24,000 nt of DNA from Candidatus Electronema sp. PJ. Lineage in GTDB: Bacteria; Desulfobacterota; Desulfobulbia; Desulfobulbales; Desulfobulbaceae. Each line of letters begins with the position of its first letter. Positions within the stretch are counted from its first letter, which is position 1. The stretch covers positions 641-24,640 of the forward strand of contig NZ_JBLWEO010000022.1 in assembly GCF_048287395.1 (NCBI RefSeq), in the 5' to 3' direction. Shown piece after piece: positions 7,665 through 15,476 of this stretch. The notes under the pieces are model-generated. The model saw only the letters and a program-made list of their open reading frames with translations, was not told the DNA's origin and ran no database searches. The translations under genes were made by a program, and so were the position numbers.

Positions 7665-9398
7665 TTACCGATGTTGCTCCCGCTCTCTGCGGAATTTTCT
7701 CGCATTATCCACCCGGTCAGCCCGGAAGGTCGGCTTTTCCTGCACCACTTTGACATCTACTGGCTTGCCATTCACTTTGACTTGCTGAAAAGCGTGGAGT
7801 ATTTGCGGGATAAAACGGCTTTCTCCCTCCAGCATGGCGGTGTTGCGCAGGATTTCGATCTTGCCAACTTTAATCCGCCCGCCGCCAGGTACCTCGTTAA
7901 TGGTGCTGATCAGGTTTTCCGGCAGAATACCGTTGCGGCGACCGACGTTCAAGTGAAATTGGGCGAATTCTTTGCCGATAGACTCGCTGCGCGGGTTGGG
8001 CTTTCGCTCTTCGCCTCGGTTGCTCCGCACACCAAGGCTGGGATGACTGCTGCTGAGTCGCCGCTCAGAAGGTTTGGGGTTGATGTCAGGCGCATTCCGG
8101 TAGTATTCCATGAATCTACCGAATTCGAGCGCGATGATTTTCTTGATCAACTGCTCTTTATCCAGATGCTCAAGCTGGCCAGCGATTTCGCTGTAAAGTG
8201 GCTCGATCTGCTCCTGATCCACGGCTGCGCTGCTCAGGCGCTCAATCAGACTGAAAAGCTGTTTACGGCAGATTTCCTGGCCATTGGGAATCGTGCATTG
8301 CCGGAACTGTCGCTTGAGGCGGCTTTCAATCTGCTTGATCTTATACATATCCCGCGCATCAACCAGAGCCACGGAGATGCCAGTCCGGCCAGCGCGTCCG
8401 GTACGTCCGCTCCGGTGGGTGTAACCGGCAGTATCGTCCGGCAAACTGTAGTTGATCACGTGGGTCAGATCGCTGACGTCCAAACCACGGGCTGCAACAT
8501 CTGTGGCAACCAGGAGCTGGAGATTCCTGCTGTGGAATTTCTTCATCACCAGGTCGCGCTGGGATTGCGTCAGGTCGCCATGTAACGAATCAGCCTTGTA
8601 ACCATCCTGAATCAGTTTGTCGGCAATCTCCTGGGTGTCCATGCGGGTCCGGCAGAAGACGATAGCGTAGATTTCAGGGCAGCTATCCAAGATTCTCTTC
8701 AGAGCTGCATAGCGGTCTCTGGGGTTAATCACATAGTATTCGTGACTGACGTTTTCCGAACCGGCATTGCGCGCCCCGACGGTGATCTCCACCGGGTTGC
8801 TCATATACTTGCTGGCAATGTCCGCAACTTCCCGCGACATTGTTGCGGAAAAAAGCAGGGTGTTTTTCTCGGCTGGGGTCTCACTCAGAATTGCGTTCAG
8901 CTCTTCCTGGAAGCCCATGTTCAGCATCTCGTCAGCCTCATCCAGCACAACAAAGCGAACCGCCGTGATGTCAGCCATTTTCCGCCGGAGCATGTCGCGC
9001 AGTCGCCCTGGGGTCGCGACAATGATCTGCGCACCTCGGCGGAGTTCCCGCATCTGCTGCTCAATGCTCGCGCCACCGTAAATCGCGACAATATTAATCC
9101 CCGGAATATGCCGGGCAAAGGATGCCAAATCTCTGGACACCTGCATACACAGCTCTCTGGTCGGACAAAGCACCAACCCCTGCGTCTGCCTGCTCTTCGG
9201 ATCGATGAGCTGTACCAGCGGGAGGCCGAAGGCTGCGGTCTTGCCGGTTCCGGTCTGGGCCAGACTGACTATGTCCGCATGGTTTTTCAAAATTAACGGA
9301 ATAGCCTGCGCCTGGATGGGGGTAGGCTCGGTGAAGCCCAGATCAGAAAGCGCGGAGATGATTTCGCTGCTGATGCCGAGATCTGCAAATGTGCTCAT
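7665..9398 (-). CDS. deaD: DEAD-box ATP-dependent RNA helicase with C-terminal DbpA-type RNA-binding domain and basic tail
   Basis: Motifs present: Q-motif/GFTEPTPIQ, AQTGTGKT, PTRELC, VLDEADEM (DEAD), SAT, HGDL, YTHRSGRTGRAG. The C-terminal FHLNVGRRNGILPENLI...KVGKIEIL is DbpA-like. The track start (9428) is a TTG; the ATG at 9398 (MSTFADLGIS) is preferred. Confidence 0.9.
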   Translation of the reverse strand: MSTFADLGISSEIISALSDLGFTEPTPIQAQAIPLILKNHADIVSLAQTGTGKTAAFGLPLVQLIDPKSRQTQGLVLCPTRELCMQVSRDLASFARHIPGINIVAIYGGASIEQQMRELRRGAQIIVATPGRLRDMLRRKMADITAVRFVVLDEADEMLNMGFQEELNAILSETPAEKNTLLFSATMSREVADIASKYMSNPVEITVGARNAGSENVSHEYYVINPRDRYAALKRILDSCPEIYAIVFCRTRMDTQEIADKLIQDGYKADSLHGDLTQSQRDLVMKKFHSRNLQLLVATDVAARGLDVSDLTHVINYSLPDDTAGYTHRSGRTGRAGRTGISVALVDARDMYKIKQIESRLKRQFRQCTIPNGQEICRKQLFSLIERLSSAAVDQEQIEPLYSEIAGQLEHLDKEQLIKKIIALEFGRFMEYYRNAPDINPKPSERRLSSSHPSLGVRSNRGEERKPNPRSESIGKEFAQFHLNVGRRNGILPENLISTINEVPGGGRIKVGKIEILRNTAMLEGESRFIPQILHAFQQVKVNGKPVDVKVVQEKPTFRADRVDNARKFRREREQHR

Positions 9399-9620
9399 AA
9401 GGGGTGTTCCTGTTTCAACTGAAGGCAATTAATAGAAAAAAAGCAGCCATGCTGCGAGGCTTGCTGTAATGCGCGGGTTGTGCGGAAAGGGTGACAGGAT
9501 GGACTATGGATGAAGATTTGCTAAGATACCCTGTATCGAGTCAGAAAACAAACTTTTTTTCTTTTGCACGGATTTTTTTCACTCAAGGAAGAGGATACCA
9601 TCGAGGTAAACGAGACCGCT

Positions 9621-9662
9621 CATCAATTTTCCTTGGCCACAAAGGAGTTTGGCCGAGCAACT
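9621..9662. repeat. Family A repeat, isolated copy (1-2 units)
   Basis: AAGGAGTTTGGCCGAGCAACT at 9642-9662 matches the family A forward unit and is preceded by TTCCTTGGCCACA. It lies in the long helicase upstream region. Confidence 0.5.
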
Positions 9663-9680
9663 TATCTTGCTCTGTTACGC

Positions 9681-10322
9681 CTAAAATTGATACAAGTTAA
9701 CGTAAAGAATGATCCCCAGGAAAACTGCGAGTACCAAACAGCTGATCAGCAAACTGCCTCCTCGCAGTACGGTATTCCAGCCAGGATGATTGATTCCTAC
9801 ACTTTGCAAGAGCGACCAAAAGCCGTGGCTGATGTGCAAAACCAGAGCCATAATGCCGACGGCATAGAGTGGGGCCAACAGAGGATTGGTCAATACCCTG
9901 CTTACTCTCTCTGCCACGGGAATGGCCTGATCGGTAAAACGCACTGTGGCCAGATGCAGCAGAAGAAAAGCGAGATTGAGCAGTCCGGTGTAGGGCATCG
10001 TGCGCACAGCCCAAGTTTGCGCAAGGGCGGACTTGCTGCCTGCATATCTGCCAGATTTCGCTTGGCGGTTACGGAGAAATAAACTGATCCCGGTGACGAT
10101 GTGCAGGAGAAAGACCGCCAGTAAGAAAAGTCCGGCAGTTGGTAGAAGAGGCCCAAGTGAACGCAGGTGTTCGGCATAGGCAGTGAATACTTCTCGACCT
10201 TGAAAAATCAAGCTATTGCCTGCGGCGTGAAAGACAAGGAAGCTGCCTAGGAGCAGGCCAGTCAGGGCCATGATGTATTTTCTGCCGAGCGAGGAAGTGC
10301 AGATCTGAACAAAGAGAGACAT
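9681..10322 (-). CDS. Succinate dehydrogenase/fumarate reductase-type dihaem cytochrome b membrane subunit (b558-like), orphan
   Basis: Five predicted TM helices, with His in four of them (LVFHAAGN, FLLHIVTG, LLLHLATV, LVLHISHGFW). The N-terminal SSLGRKYIMALTGLLLGSFLVFH resembles type-B SdhC/FrdC. The start is uncertain; I chose the ATG at 10322 (213 aa), while the track gives 10403. Confidence 0.65.
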   Translation of the reverse strand: MSLFVQICTSSLGRKYIMALTGLLLGSFLVFHAAGNSLIFQGREVFTAYAEHLRSLGPLLPTAGLFLLAVFLLHIVTGISLFLRNRQAKSGRYAGSKSALAQTWAVRTMPYTGLLNLAFLLLHLATVRFTDQAIPVAERVSRVLTNPLLAPLYAVGIMALVLHISHGFWSLLQSVGINHPGWNTVLRGGSLLISCLVLAVFLGIILYVNLYQF

Positions 10323-10440
10323 ACCTTGGCGAATGGCGGTTGAAGATAAAGGCGCAGCGAAAAACAGCCTTCCCATTTTAACCGGGAAACAGATATGCTG
10401 CAATTACCGCCTTTGTTTAGCCAGCCGTAGCTTTTTTATC

Positions 10441-10469
10441 TTGCCAGATTGCTGAAGAGTCTATATACA
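10441..10469 (+). promoter_or_regulatory. Candidate sigma70-type promoter of Cys-repeat gene 1
   Basis: TTGCCA (10441-10446), a 17-nt spacer, then TATACA (10464-10469), preceded by a T-run. The same block CTTGCCAGATTGC..N..TATA recurs upstream of the paralogue. Confidence 0.45.
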
Positions 10470-10531
10470 ATGAATATCCAACATCGTCTGTTTGCCGGAA
10501 AACTTGAGTCGAACAAGAGAGGAAAGCCGAA

Positions 10532-11836
10532 ATGAGACTGAATGCACTGCTGCACGCTGCAATGCTGTTGATTTTATCGGCAGGGGCTGGCCAAGCTGCA
10601 AGCACTATCACCACGCTGGGACGGCATCCTTTTCATCAACCGCCCTTGCAGTCTGCGGATGATCTCAAGGCAATGATGCGAGAGCATCAGGATGAGATCA
10701 AAGAGGGGCTTGATAAGACAGGAAGCAAGAGTGCGCAGCTGTATAATCTCCTGGAAAAGCAGTTTCCCTTGGCCGAAATCAAGGAAATGCAGTACAAGCC
10801 GGGTGCTACCTTCCTCTGGATGTTCTTCAAGCGCAATGGTAAGGGTAATGTGAAGGTGGTCCGTGATCTTACCTGGGGTGGCAAAGAACCATTTGATGGC
10901 TACGAATTTCTCCTCACCGATAAGGAAAAATGCCAGAGCTATACAGTTACCGTGCCCAAGATATGCGGCAACGTAGCCTTACTGAAAACAGAGCAGCTCA
11001 AAGATTGTTCCAGCGGAGTCTGCGCTGATTGCCCGAAAGAATGCCCAGCAGAGTGTAGGTTAGATCCTCATGATTCGGAGAAGTGTCCGGTGGAATGTAA
11101 AAACTGCCGGGTGGAATGTTTGCCAGAGTTCACCTGTTATGATTTCCCTTTGGATTGCCCAGCAGTATGTCTCGATGATTTGGAAAAGTGCCCGGCAGAA
11201 TGTAAAGGTGTGCCTGAAGCGTGCATTACTGCCTGCCCGGACAGCGACTGTCCGCCAGTCACCTGCGCAGACTGCCCGCCTGACTGTGCTCTTCATCCTG
11301 ATTACTGTCCCGACGAGTGCAAGCTGCTTGACTGCCCAGTCTCTCCTGTTGTCAAAGAGCCGGTAAAAGAGCCATCCTTACCAGTACACTTTGTCGCTGA
11401 TCTCGGCTACTTTAAGCAGACGGATCCAGCCGATTACGTCTTTGGCCGAATTGGTGTGGAGTACAGTCCCTTTGCCTCAGACAGTGACTTTGAGAATATC
11501 TCCTTCCTCGGCATGATCGGTGTTGCGCCGCAAGTCAAAGGCGATGACGGCGACGACGTTCTGCTGTTGGATATGTTTGCCAACTACAACTGGACAGCAG
11601 GGGATATGAAGGGTTGGATCGGTTTAGGAGTAGGCGGTTGGATTACCTCTGGCGATGTGGATGATGACTCAGGAGATACAGATATCGATATCATGGCCAA
11701 TGTCGGTGCCCGGGTATATGGCGACCCTTCAGCCTTTAATGTCTCTGCCTTCTTGGAGATACGGAGTGCGGTTGACGAGTTCGATGGTCTTGCTGAGTAC
11801 GGACGTTTTGGCGTAGGGCTGCGTTGCCGGTTTTAA
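10532..11836 (+). CDS. Secreted cysteine-repeat protein 1 with C-terminal OMP-like beta-barrel domain
   Basis: SD GAGAGGAAAG lies before the ATG. Sec-type signal peptide is MRLNALLHAAMLLILSAGAGQA. A unique domain of about 130 aa comes first. It is followed by 23 Cys between aa 159 and 268, mostly as C-P-x-x-C (nt 11006-11335). The last ~150 aa have alternating hydrophobic residues and end in GLRCRF, i.e. a terminal Phe typical of outer-membrane barrels. Confidence 0.85.
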   Translation: MRLNALLHAAMLLILSAGAGQAASTITTLGRHPFHQPPLQSADDLKAMMREHQDEIKEGLDKTGSKSAQLYNLLEKQFPLAEIKEMQYKPGATFLWMFFKRNGKGNVKVVRDLTWGGKEPFDGYEFLLTDKEKCQSYTVTVPKICGNVALLKTEQLKDCSSGVCADCPKECPAECRLDPHDSEKCPVECKNCRVECLPEFTCYDFPLDCPAVCLDDLEKCPAECKGVPEACITACPDSDCPPVTCADCPPDCALHPDYCPDECKLLDCPVSPVVKEPVKEPSLPVHFVADLGYFKQTDPADYVFGRIGVEYSPFASDSDFENISFLGMIGVAPQVKGDDGDDVLLLDMFANYNWTAGDMKGWIGLGVGGWITSGDVDDDSGDTDIDIMANVGARVYGDPSAFNVSAFLEIRSAVDEFDGLAEYGRFGVGLRCRF

Positions 11837-11927
11837 GCAAAGGGCGGCCTGCGCTTTCTGGTAACATCCTGCTGTTTTTTCTTGCCGCTGTTCGGTATGG
11901 CGAAGCAAAATAGCCTGCTTTTTTGCC

Positions 11928-11956
11928 TTGCCAGATTGCGGCAGAAATTATATAAC
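11928..11956 (+). promoter_or_regulatory. Candidate sigma70-type promoter of Cys-repeat gene 2
   Basis: TTGCCA (11928-11933), a 17-nt spacer, then TATAAC (11951-11956). The surrounding sequence is conserved with 10425-10470. Confidence 0.45.
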
Positions 11957-12059
11957 AAACCAATAATAGCTGACCGCTCATTTCGCTTGATTTTTTTCGG
12001 AGATGCCCGGAAATCAGGCGGCAGGGATGGAAAAATTAACAGAAACGGAGAGTTGGAAG

Positions 12060-13115
12060 ATGAAGACAAAGATGTTGCTACAGACTGCGGCACTGTTGCT
12101 GCTGTCCGCAGGTGTTGTTCATGCTGGAGGAAAGTTCGGCAAAAAGCATTGGACCTGCGATGATTGCTCGCCAGAGTGCCTGCAAAATCCCTATGCGAAA
12201 GGCTGCCCTGATATCTGTAAATCTCCTGAATGTCAGACCTCCTGCGAAAAATGCCCGGCAACCTGCAAGCAGCATCCTGGCGCACCAGGCTGCCCGGAGA
12301 TCTGCAAAGACGTGCAATGCCAATCCTGTAGTGACTGCACTCCTGAATGCAAAAAGACTCCTGCTGATCCAACATGCCCGGATATCTGTAAGGACATTAA
12401 GTGCTTCTCCTGTGACGATTGCTCAGTGGACTGCATCATTAACCCGCAGGGCAAAGACTGCCCAGCAGTGTGCGCAGATCTCAATTGCAATGTCTGCGAT
12501 AAGTTCCCCAAAGACTGCCCAGCAACCTGCAAGGACAACCCGAACGATCCTGACAAATGCCGTCCTGAGTGCAAGGATGTTCCTGAAAAATGCCTGATGG
12601 CACCAGTTGATCCTACGCAACAAGACCCTACCCAACAAGAGCCTCCTTCTGAAGCAGGCCCCCTGCGCTTTGTTGGCGATCTTGGCTACTTTAAGCAGAC
12701 TGATCCCGCTGATTACGTCTTTGGCCGGATTGGTGTGGAGTACAGCCCCTTTGCCCCTGGCAGCCGCTTTGAAAACGTTTCCTTCCTGGGTATGATCGGT
12801 GTTGCCCCGCAAGTCAAAGGCGATGACGGCGATGACGCTCTGCTGTTGGATGTATTTGCCAACTACAACTGGACAGCAGGCGATGTCAATGGCTGGGTCG
12901 GTTTAGGTGTAGGCGGCTGGATTACCTCTGGCGATGTGGATGACGATTCAGGGGATACTGACATTGATGTTATGGTCAATGCAGGTGCTCGGATCTATGG
13001 CGATCCATCAGCCTTCAACGTTTCTGCTTTCTTGGAGATCCGCAGCGCAGTTGATGAGTTCGATGGTCTTGCTGAGTACGGACGCTTCGGTGGTGGTCTG
13101 CGCTTCAAGTTCTAA
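12060..13115 (+). CDS. Secreted cysteine-repeat protein 2 (five 28-aa six-Cys modules) with C-terminal OMP-like beta-barrel domain
   Basis: The ATG at 12060 has GGAG 9 nt upstream, and the track start at 12003 is less likely. Signal peptide is MKTKMLLQTAALLLLSAGVVHA. There are 30 Cys in about 146 aa (nt 12156-12593). A PTQQDPTQQEPP linker follows. The C-terminal 150 aa are about 88% identical to protein 1 and end in GLRFKF. Confidence 0.85.
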   Translation: MKTKMLLQTAALLLLSAGVVHAGGKFGKKHWTCDDCSPECLQNPYAKGCPDICKSPECQTSCEKCPATCKQHPGAPGCPEICKDVQCQSCSDCTPECKKTPADPTCPDICKDIKCFSCDDCSVDCIINPQGKDCPAVCADLNCNVCDKFPKDCPATCKDNPNDPDKCRPECKDVPEKCLMAPVDPTQQDPTQQEPPSEAGPLRFVGDLGYFKQTDPADYVFGRIGVEYSPFAPGSRFENVSFLGMIGVAPQVKGDDGDDALLLDVFANYNWTAGDVNGWVGLGVGGWITSGDVDDDSGDTDIDVMVNAGARIYGDPSAFNVSAFLEIRSAVDEFDGLAEYGRFGGGLRFKF

Positions 13116-13164
13116 ATAGCAGCGGACAGACGACGATCTGCCTGCGGGCAGACCTGATCAGATC

Positions 13165-13196
13165 AAGGCACGGGGTGAGAATCCTGTGCCTTTTTG
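13165..13196 (+). terminator. Rho-independent terminator of Cys-repeat gene 2
   Basis: AAGGCAC (13165-13171) pairs with GTGCCTT (13186-13192) around a 14-nt loop, followed by a T-run to 13195. Confidence 0.65.
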
Positions 13197-13220
13197 CTTG
13201 CCCAACGATTCTATGGGATC

Positions 13221-13258
13221 AAAAAAGCAAAGGGCAGGCATTATGCCTACCCTTTTGC
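13221..13258 (-). terminator. Rho-independent terminator of the cytochrome c gene
   Basis: On the minus strand, GCAAAAGGGTAGGCAT-A-ATGCCTGCCCTTTGC forms a stem with one mismatch/bulge and is followed by TTTTTTGATCCC. Confidence 0.6.
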
Positions 13259-13289
13259 TGTCTGTGCGGGACTAACGGTAAGAAGCTAC

Positions 13290-13613
13290 TTACTTCTTTT
13301 CCTCAGCCGCCAAAGACAGAATCCAGGTGGCAATCGCCTTGGCATCAGCCTCGCTCACATTGGCCATCGGAGCCATCATCTTGCCGGGACCTGTTGCATC
13401 CTTGCTGCCCTTTTGGATCACGGTCACAATTTTTTGCTCGCCCTCTTTGTCAGCTGCAAACTTCTTGCTGATATCCTTCATGCTGGGTCCCATGCCTGCT
13501 TTGTCCAGCTGATGGCAGACCATGCAGTTCTTCTTTGCCAATTCCTCGCTGGCAAATGCAGAGCCAGAAACCAACAGACAGGCAACGGCACAACCAAGTA
13601 ATGCGTACTTCAT
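13290..13613 (-). CDS. Periplasmic class I cytochrome c, c551/c8-like
   Basis: Signal peptide MKYALLGCAVACLLVSGSAFA. There is a single CMVCH haem site and a distal Met region KMMAPMANVSEADAKAIATWILSL, which parallels Pseudomonas c551 (PMPPNAVSDDEAQTLAKWVLS). AAGGAG lies 7 nt before the ATG. Confidence 0.88.
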   Translation of the reverse strand: MKYALLGCAVACLLVSGSAFASEELAKKNCMVCHQLDKAGMGPSMKDISKKFAADKEGEQKIVTVIQKGSKDATGPGKMMAPMANVSEADAKAIATWILSLAAEEKK

Positions 13614-13743
13614 GTTGTTTCTCCTTTGTGAGTTAAGTGGAATACTGCGTGTAAGTAAGATACGGCAAAGCTCACTCTCCTGCTATCCTAAGCCTACAAC
13701 TGCGCTGATCGCGCAGGAGATAAATCCATCGTGAATGGAGCAT

Positions 13744-13772
13744 AACATATATATCCGCACGCAGGATGTCAA
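13744..13772 (-). promoter_or_regulatory. Candidate sigma70 promoter of the cytochrome c gene
   Basis: On the minus strand, TTGACA (13772-13767) is followed by a 17-nt spacer and TATGTT (13749-13744). This implies a leader of about 120 nt. Confidence 0.45.
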
Positions 13773-13880
13773 GAAAAAAGATCAATACAGAACCGACCAA
13801 CATTACAGCAAGAATTCGGCTCTCAGTCGGTTAAGCAGGGACAGCCGCAGCCTTATCCCTGCCTGCGCAAGACCGCCGAA

Positions 13881-15167
13881 TCAATACCGGTAGTAATCCG
13901 GCTTGTATGGCCCATCAACATTTACGCCAATATAGGTTGCTTGCTCTTTGCTCAGAGTGGTCAACCGGGCATTGATCTTCTGGAGATGGAGCCTGGCCAC
14001 CATCTCGTCGAGCTTCTTCGGCAGGAAATAAACCTGCTTCTCGTAGAGATTGGAGTTGTTCCACAGCTCCATCTGCGCCAGAACTTGGTTGGTAAAGGAG
14101 TTACTCATCACAAAGCTCGGATGCCCTGTGGCACAGCCGAGGTTCACCAGTCTGCCCTCAGCCAGGACAATGATGCGCTTGCCATTCGGAAAGATCACAT
14201 GATCGACCTGGGGTTTAATGTTCTCCCAAGGCAGCTCACGGATACTGGCGATATCTATTTCCGAGTCAAAATGACCGATGTTGCAAACGATGGCCTGGTC
14301 TTTCATCACGTCCATGTGCAATCTGGTGATGACGCGCACATTGCCTGTACAGGTTACAAAGATGTCGCCAATGGGTGCAGCTTCCTCCATAGTCATTACC
14401 CGGTAGCCTTCCATGGCCGCTTGCAGGGCGCAGATCGGGTCGATCTCCGTTACACAGACCACTGCACCCATGCTGCGCAGTGCCTGGGCACAGCCTTTGC
14501 CCACATCCCCATAACCAGCGACCACCGCCACTTTCCCGGCAATCATCACATCCGTGGCTCGCTTGATGCCATCAATCAACGACTCTCGACACCCATAGAG
14601 ATTATCGAACTTCGACTTTGTCACCGAGTCATTGACATTGATCGCCGGAGCCAGCAGCTTGCCTGCCTTGGCCATTTCATTCAGCCGATGCACACCTGTG
14701 GTGGTTTCCTCGGAGATGCCGCGAATCTCCTGCATCAGCTCTGGGTACTTCTCGTGCATGATCTGGGTAAGGTCGCCACCATCATCGAGGATCATGTTTG
14801 GCTTCCAACCATTCGGCCCAAAGATCGTCTGCTCGATGCACCACCAGAACTCCTCCTCAGTTTCTCCCTTCCAAGCGAAAGTCGGGATGCCAGCCTTCGC
14901 CATAGCTGCTGCCGCATGGTCTTGGGTAGAGAAAATATTGCAGGACGACCAGCGCAGCTCCGCACCCAGCTCAACCAGGGTCTCCATCAGCACAGCAGTC
15001 TGGATTGTCATGTGGAGGCAGCCCGCTATGCGCGCACCTTTGAGGGGCTTATCATGGCCGTACTCCGTGCGCAACGTCATCAGGCCCGGCATCTCAGTTT
15101 CAGCAATCGCGACTTCCTTGCGGCCCCATTCAGCCAAACTCATATCTGCTACTTTATAATCATTCAT
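13881..15167 (-). CDS. ahcY: Adenosylhomocysteinase (S-adenosyl-L-homocysteine hydrolase)
   Basis: Typical SahH sequence ([33 protein letters not shown] site, [15 protein letters not shown]-terminus). The track start (15212) is a TTG. The ATG at 15167 has TAGGAGCAACCCG immediately upstream. Confidence 0.95.
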   Translation of the reverse strand: MNDYKVADMSLAEWGRKEVAIAETEMPGLMTLRTEYGHDKPLKGARIAGCLHMTIQTAVLMETLVELGAELRWSSCNIFSTQDHAAAAMAKAGIPTFAWKGETEEEFWWCIEQTIFGPNGWKPNMILDDGGDLTQIMHEKYPELMQEIRGISEETTTGVHRLNEMAKAGKLLAPAINVNDSVTKSKFDNLYGCRESLIDGIKRATDVMIAGKVAVVAGYGDVGKGCAQALRSMGAVVCVTEIDPICALQAAMEGYRVMTMEEAAPIGDIFVTCTGNVRVITRLHMDVMKDQAIVCNIGHFDSEIDIASIRELPWENIKPQVDHVIFPNGKRIIVLAEGRLVNLGCATGHPSFVMSNSFTNQVLAQMELWNNSNLYEKQVYFLPKKLDEMVARLHLQKINARLTTLSKEQATYIGVNVDGPYKPDYYRY

Positions 15168-15476
15168 CGGGTTGCTCCTATCGTTGGTTATTGATTGCAA
15201 GATTTCAGGCAAGGCTCATTGAGCTTCCTGAGTATTACCATACTTACTGCGCAAAAAGCACGTATATTACCATGCCAAGCCAGGGTTCACAGCATATCTC
15301 GCAACCTCAAATCGCTTTCAGGATAACCAAGAAGGCCTTCAGCTTACCCGCGTATGCTTCCTGAGCTGGCTGAGGAGTCTCCTGCTAACTCAAGACAAAC
15401 TCGTCAGCTGCCGCCATTGCTGCCAGGACAACCGGGAATCCTACGAATTTTCAGCAGTGGTCATGCAGAACAACCA

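Noticed and set aside
11006-12593. The Cys-rich regions read as ferredoxin-type Fe-S or multihaem c-type cytochrome domains
   Set aside because: There is no CxxCH motif and no canonical CxxCxxCxxxCP spacing. The signal peptides are Sec-type rather than twin-arginine, which argues against export of a pre-assembled Fe-S protein.
11833-12597. ORFs overlapping Cys-repeat gene 2 (11833-12375 minus, 12078-12323 minus, 12112-12597 plus, 12233-12574 minus, 12423-12812 minus)
   Set aside because: They are alternative-frame or antisense readings of the repetitive Cys-module DNA. The signal-peptide, repeat and barrel frame is the only one with coherent protein features, an SD and a terminator.
13941-15194. 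Long antisense ORFs opposite strong genes (417 aa opposite ahcY; 3495-4436 and 4812-5702 opposite dnaK; 7650-8585 and 8742-9296 opposite the helicase; 19683-20225 opposite dacB; 21953-22450 opposite the radical-SAM gene)
   Set aside because: Their translations are low-complexity and rich in Arg, Leu, Gly and His, with no recognisable motifs. The opposite strand in each case encodes an unmistakable conserved protein. They are typical shadow ORFs.
15168-15350. An SAH riboswitch in the ahcY leader
   Set aside because: I could not find the conserved SAH-element core or a matching pseudoknot by eye. Only generic short pairings are present. A covariance-model scan is needed to be certain.
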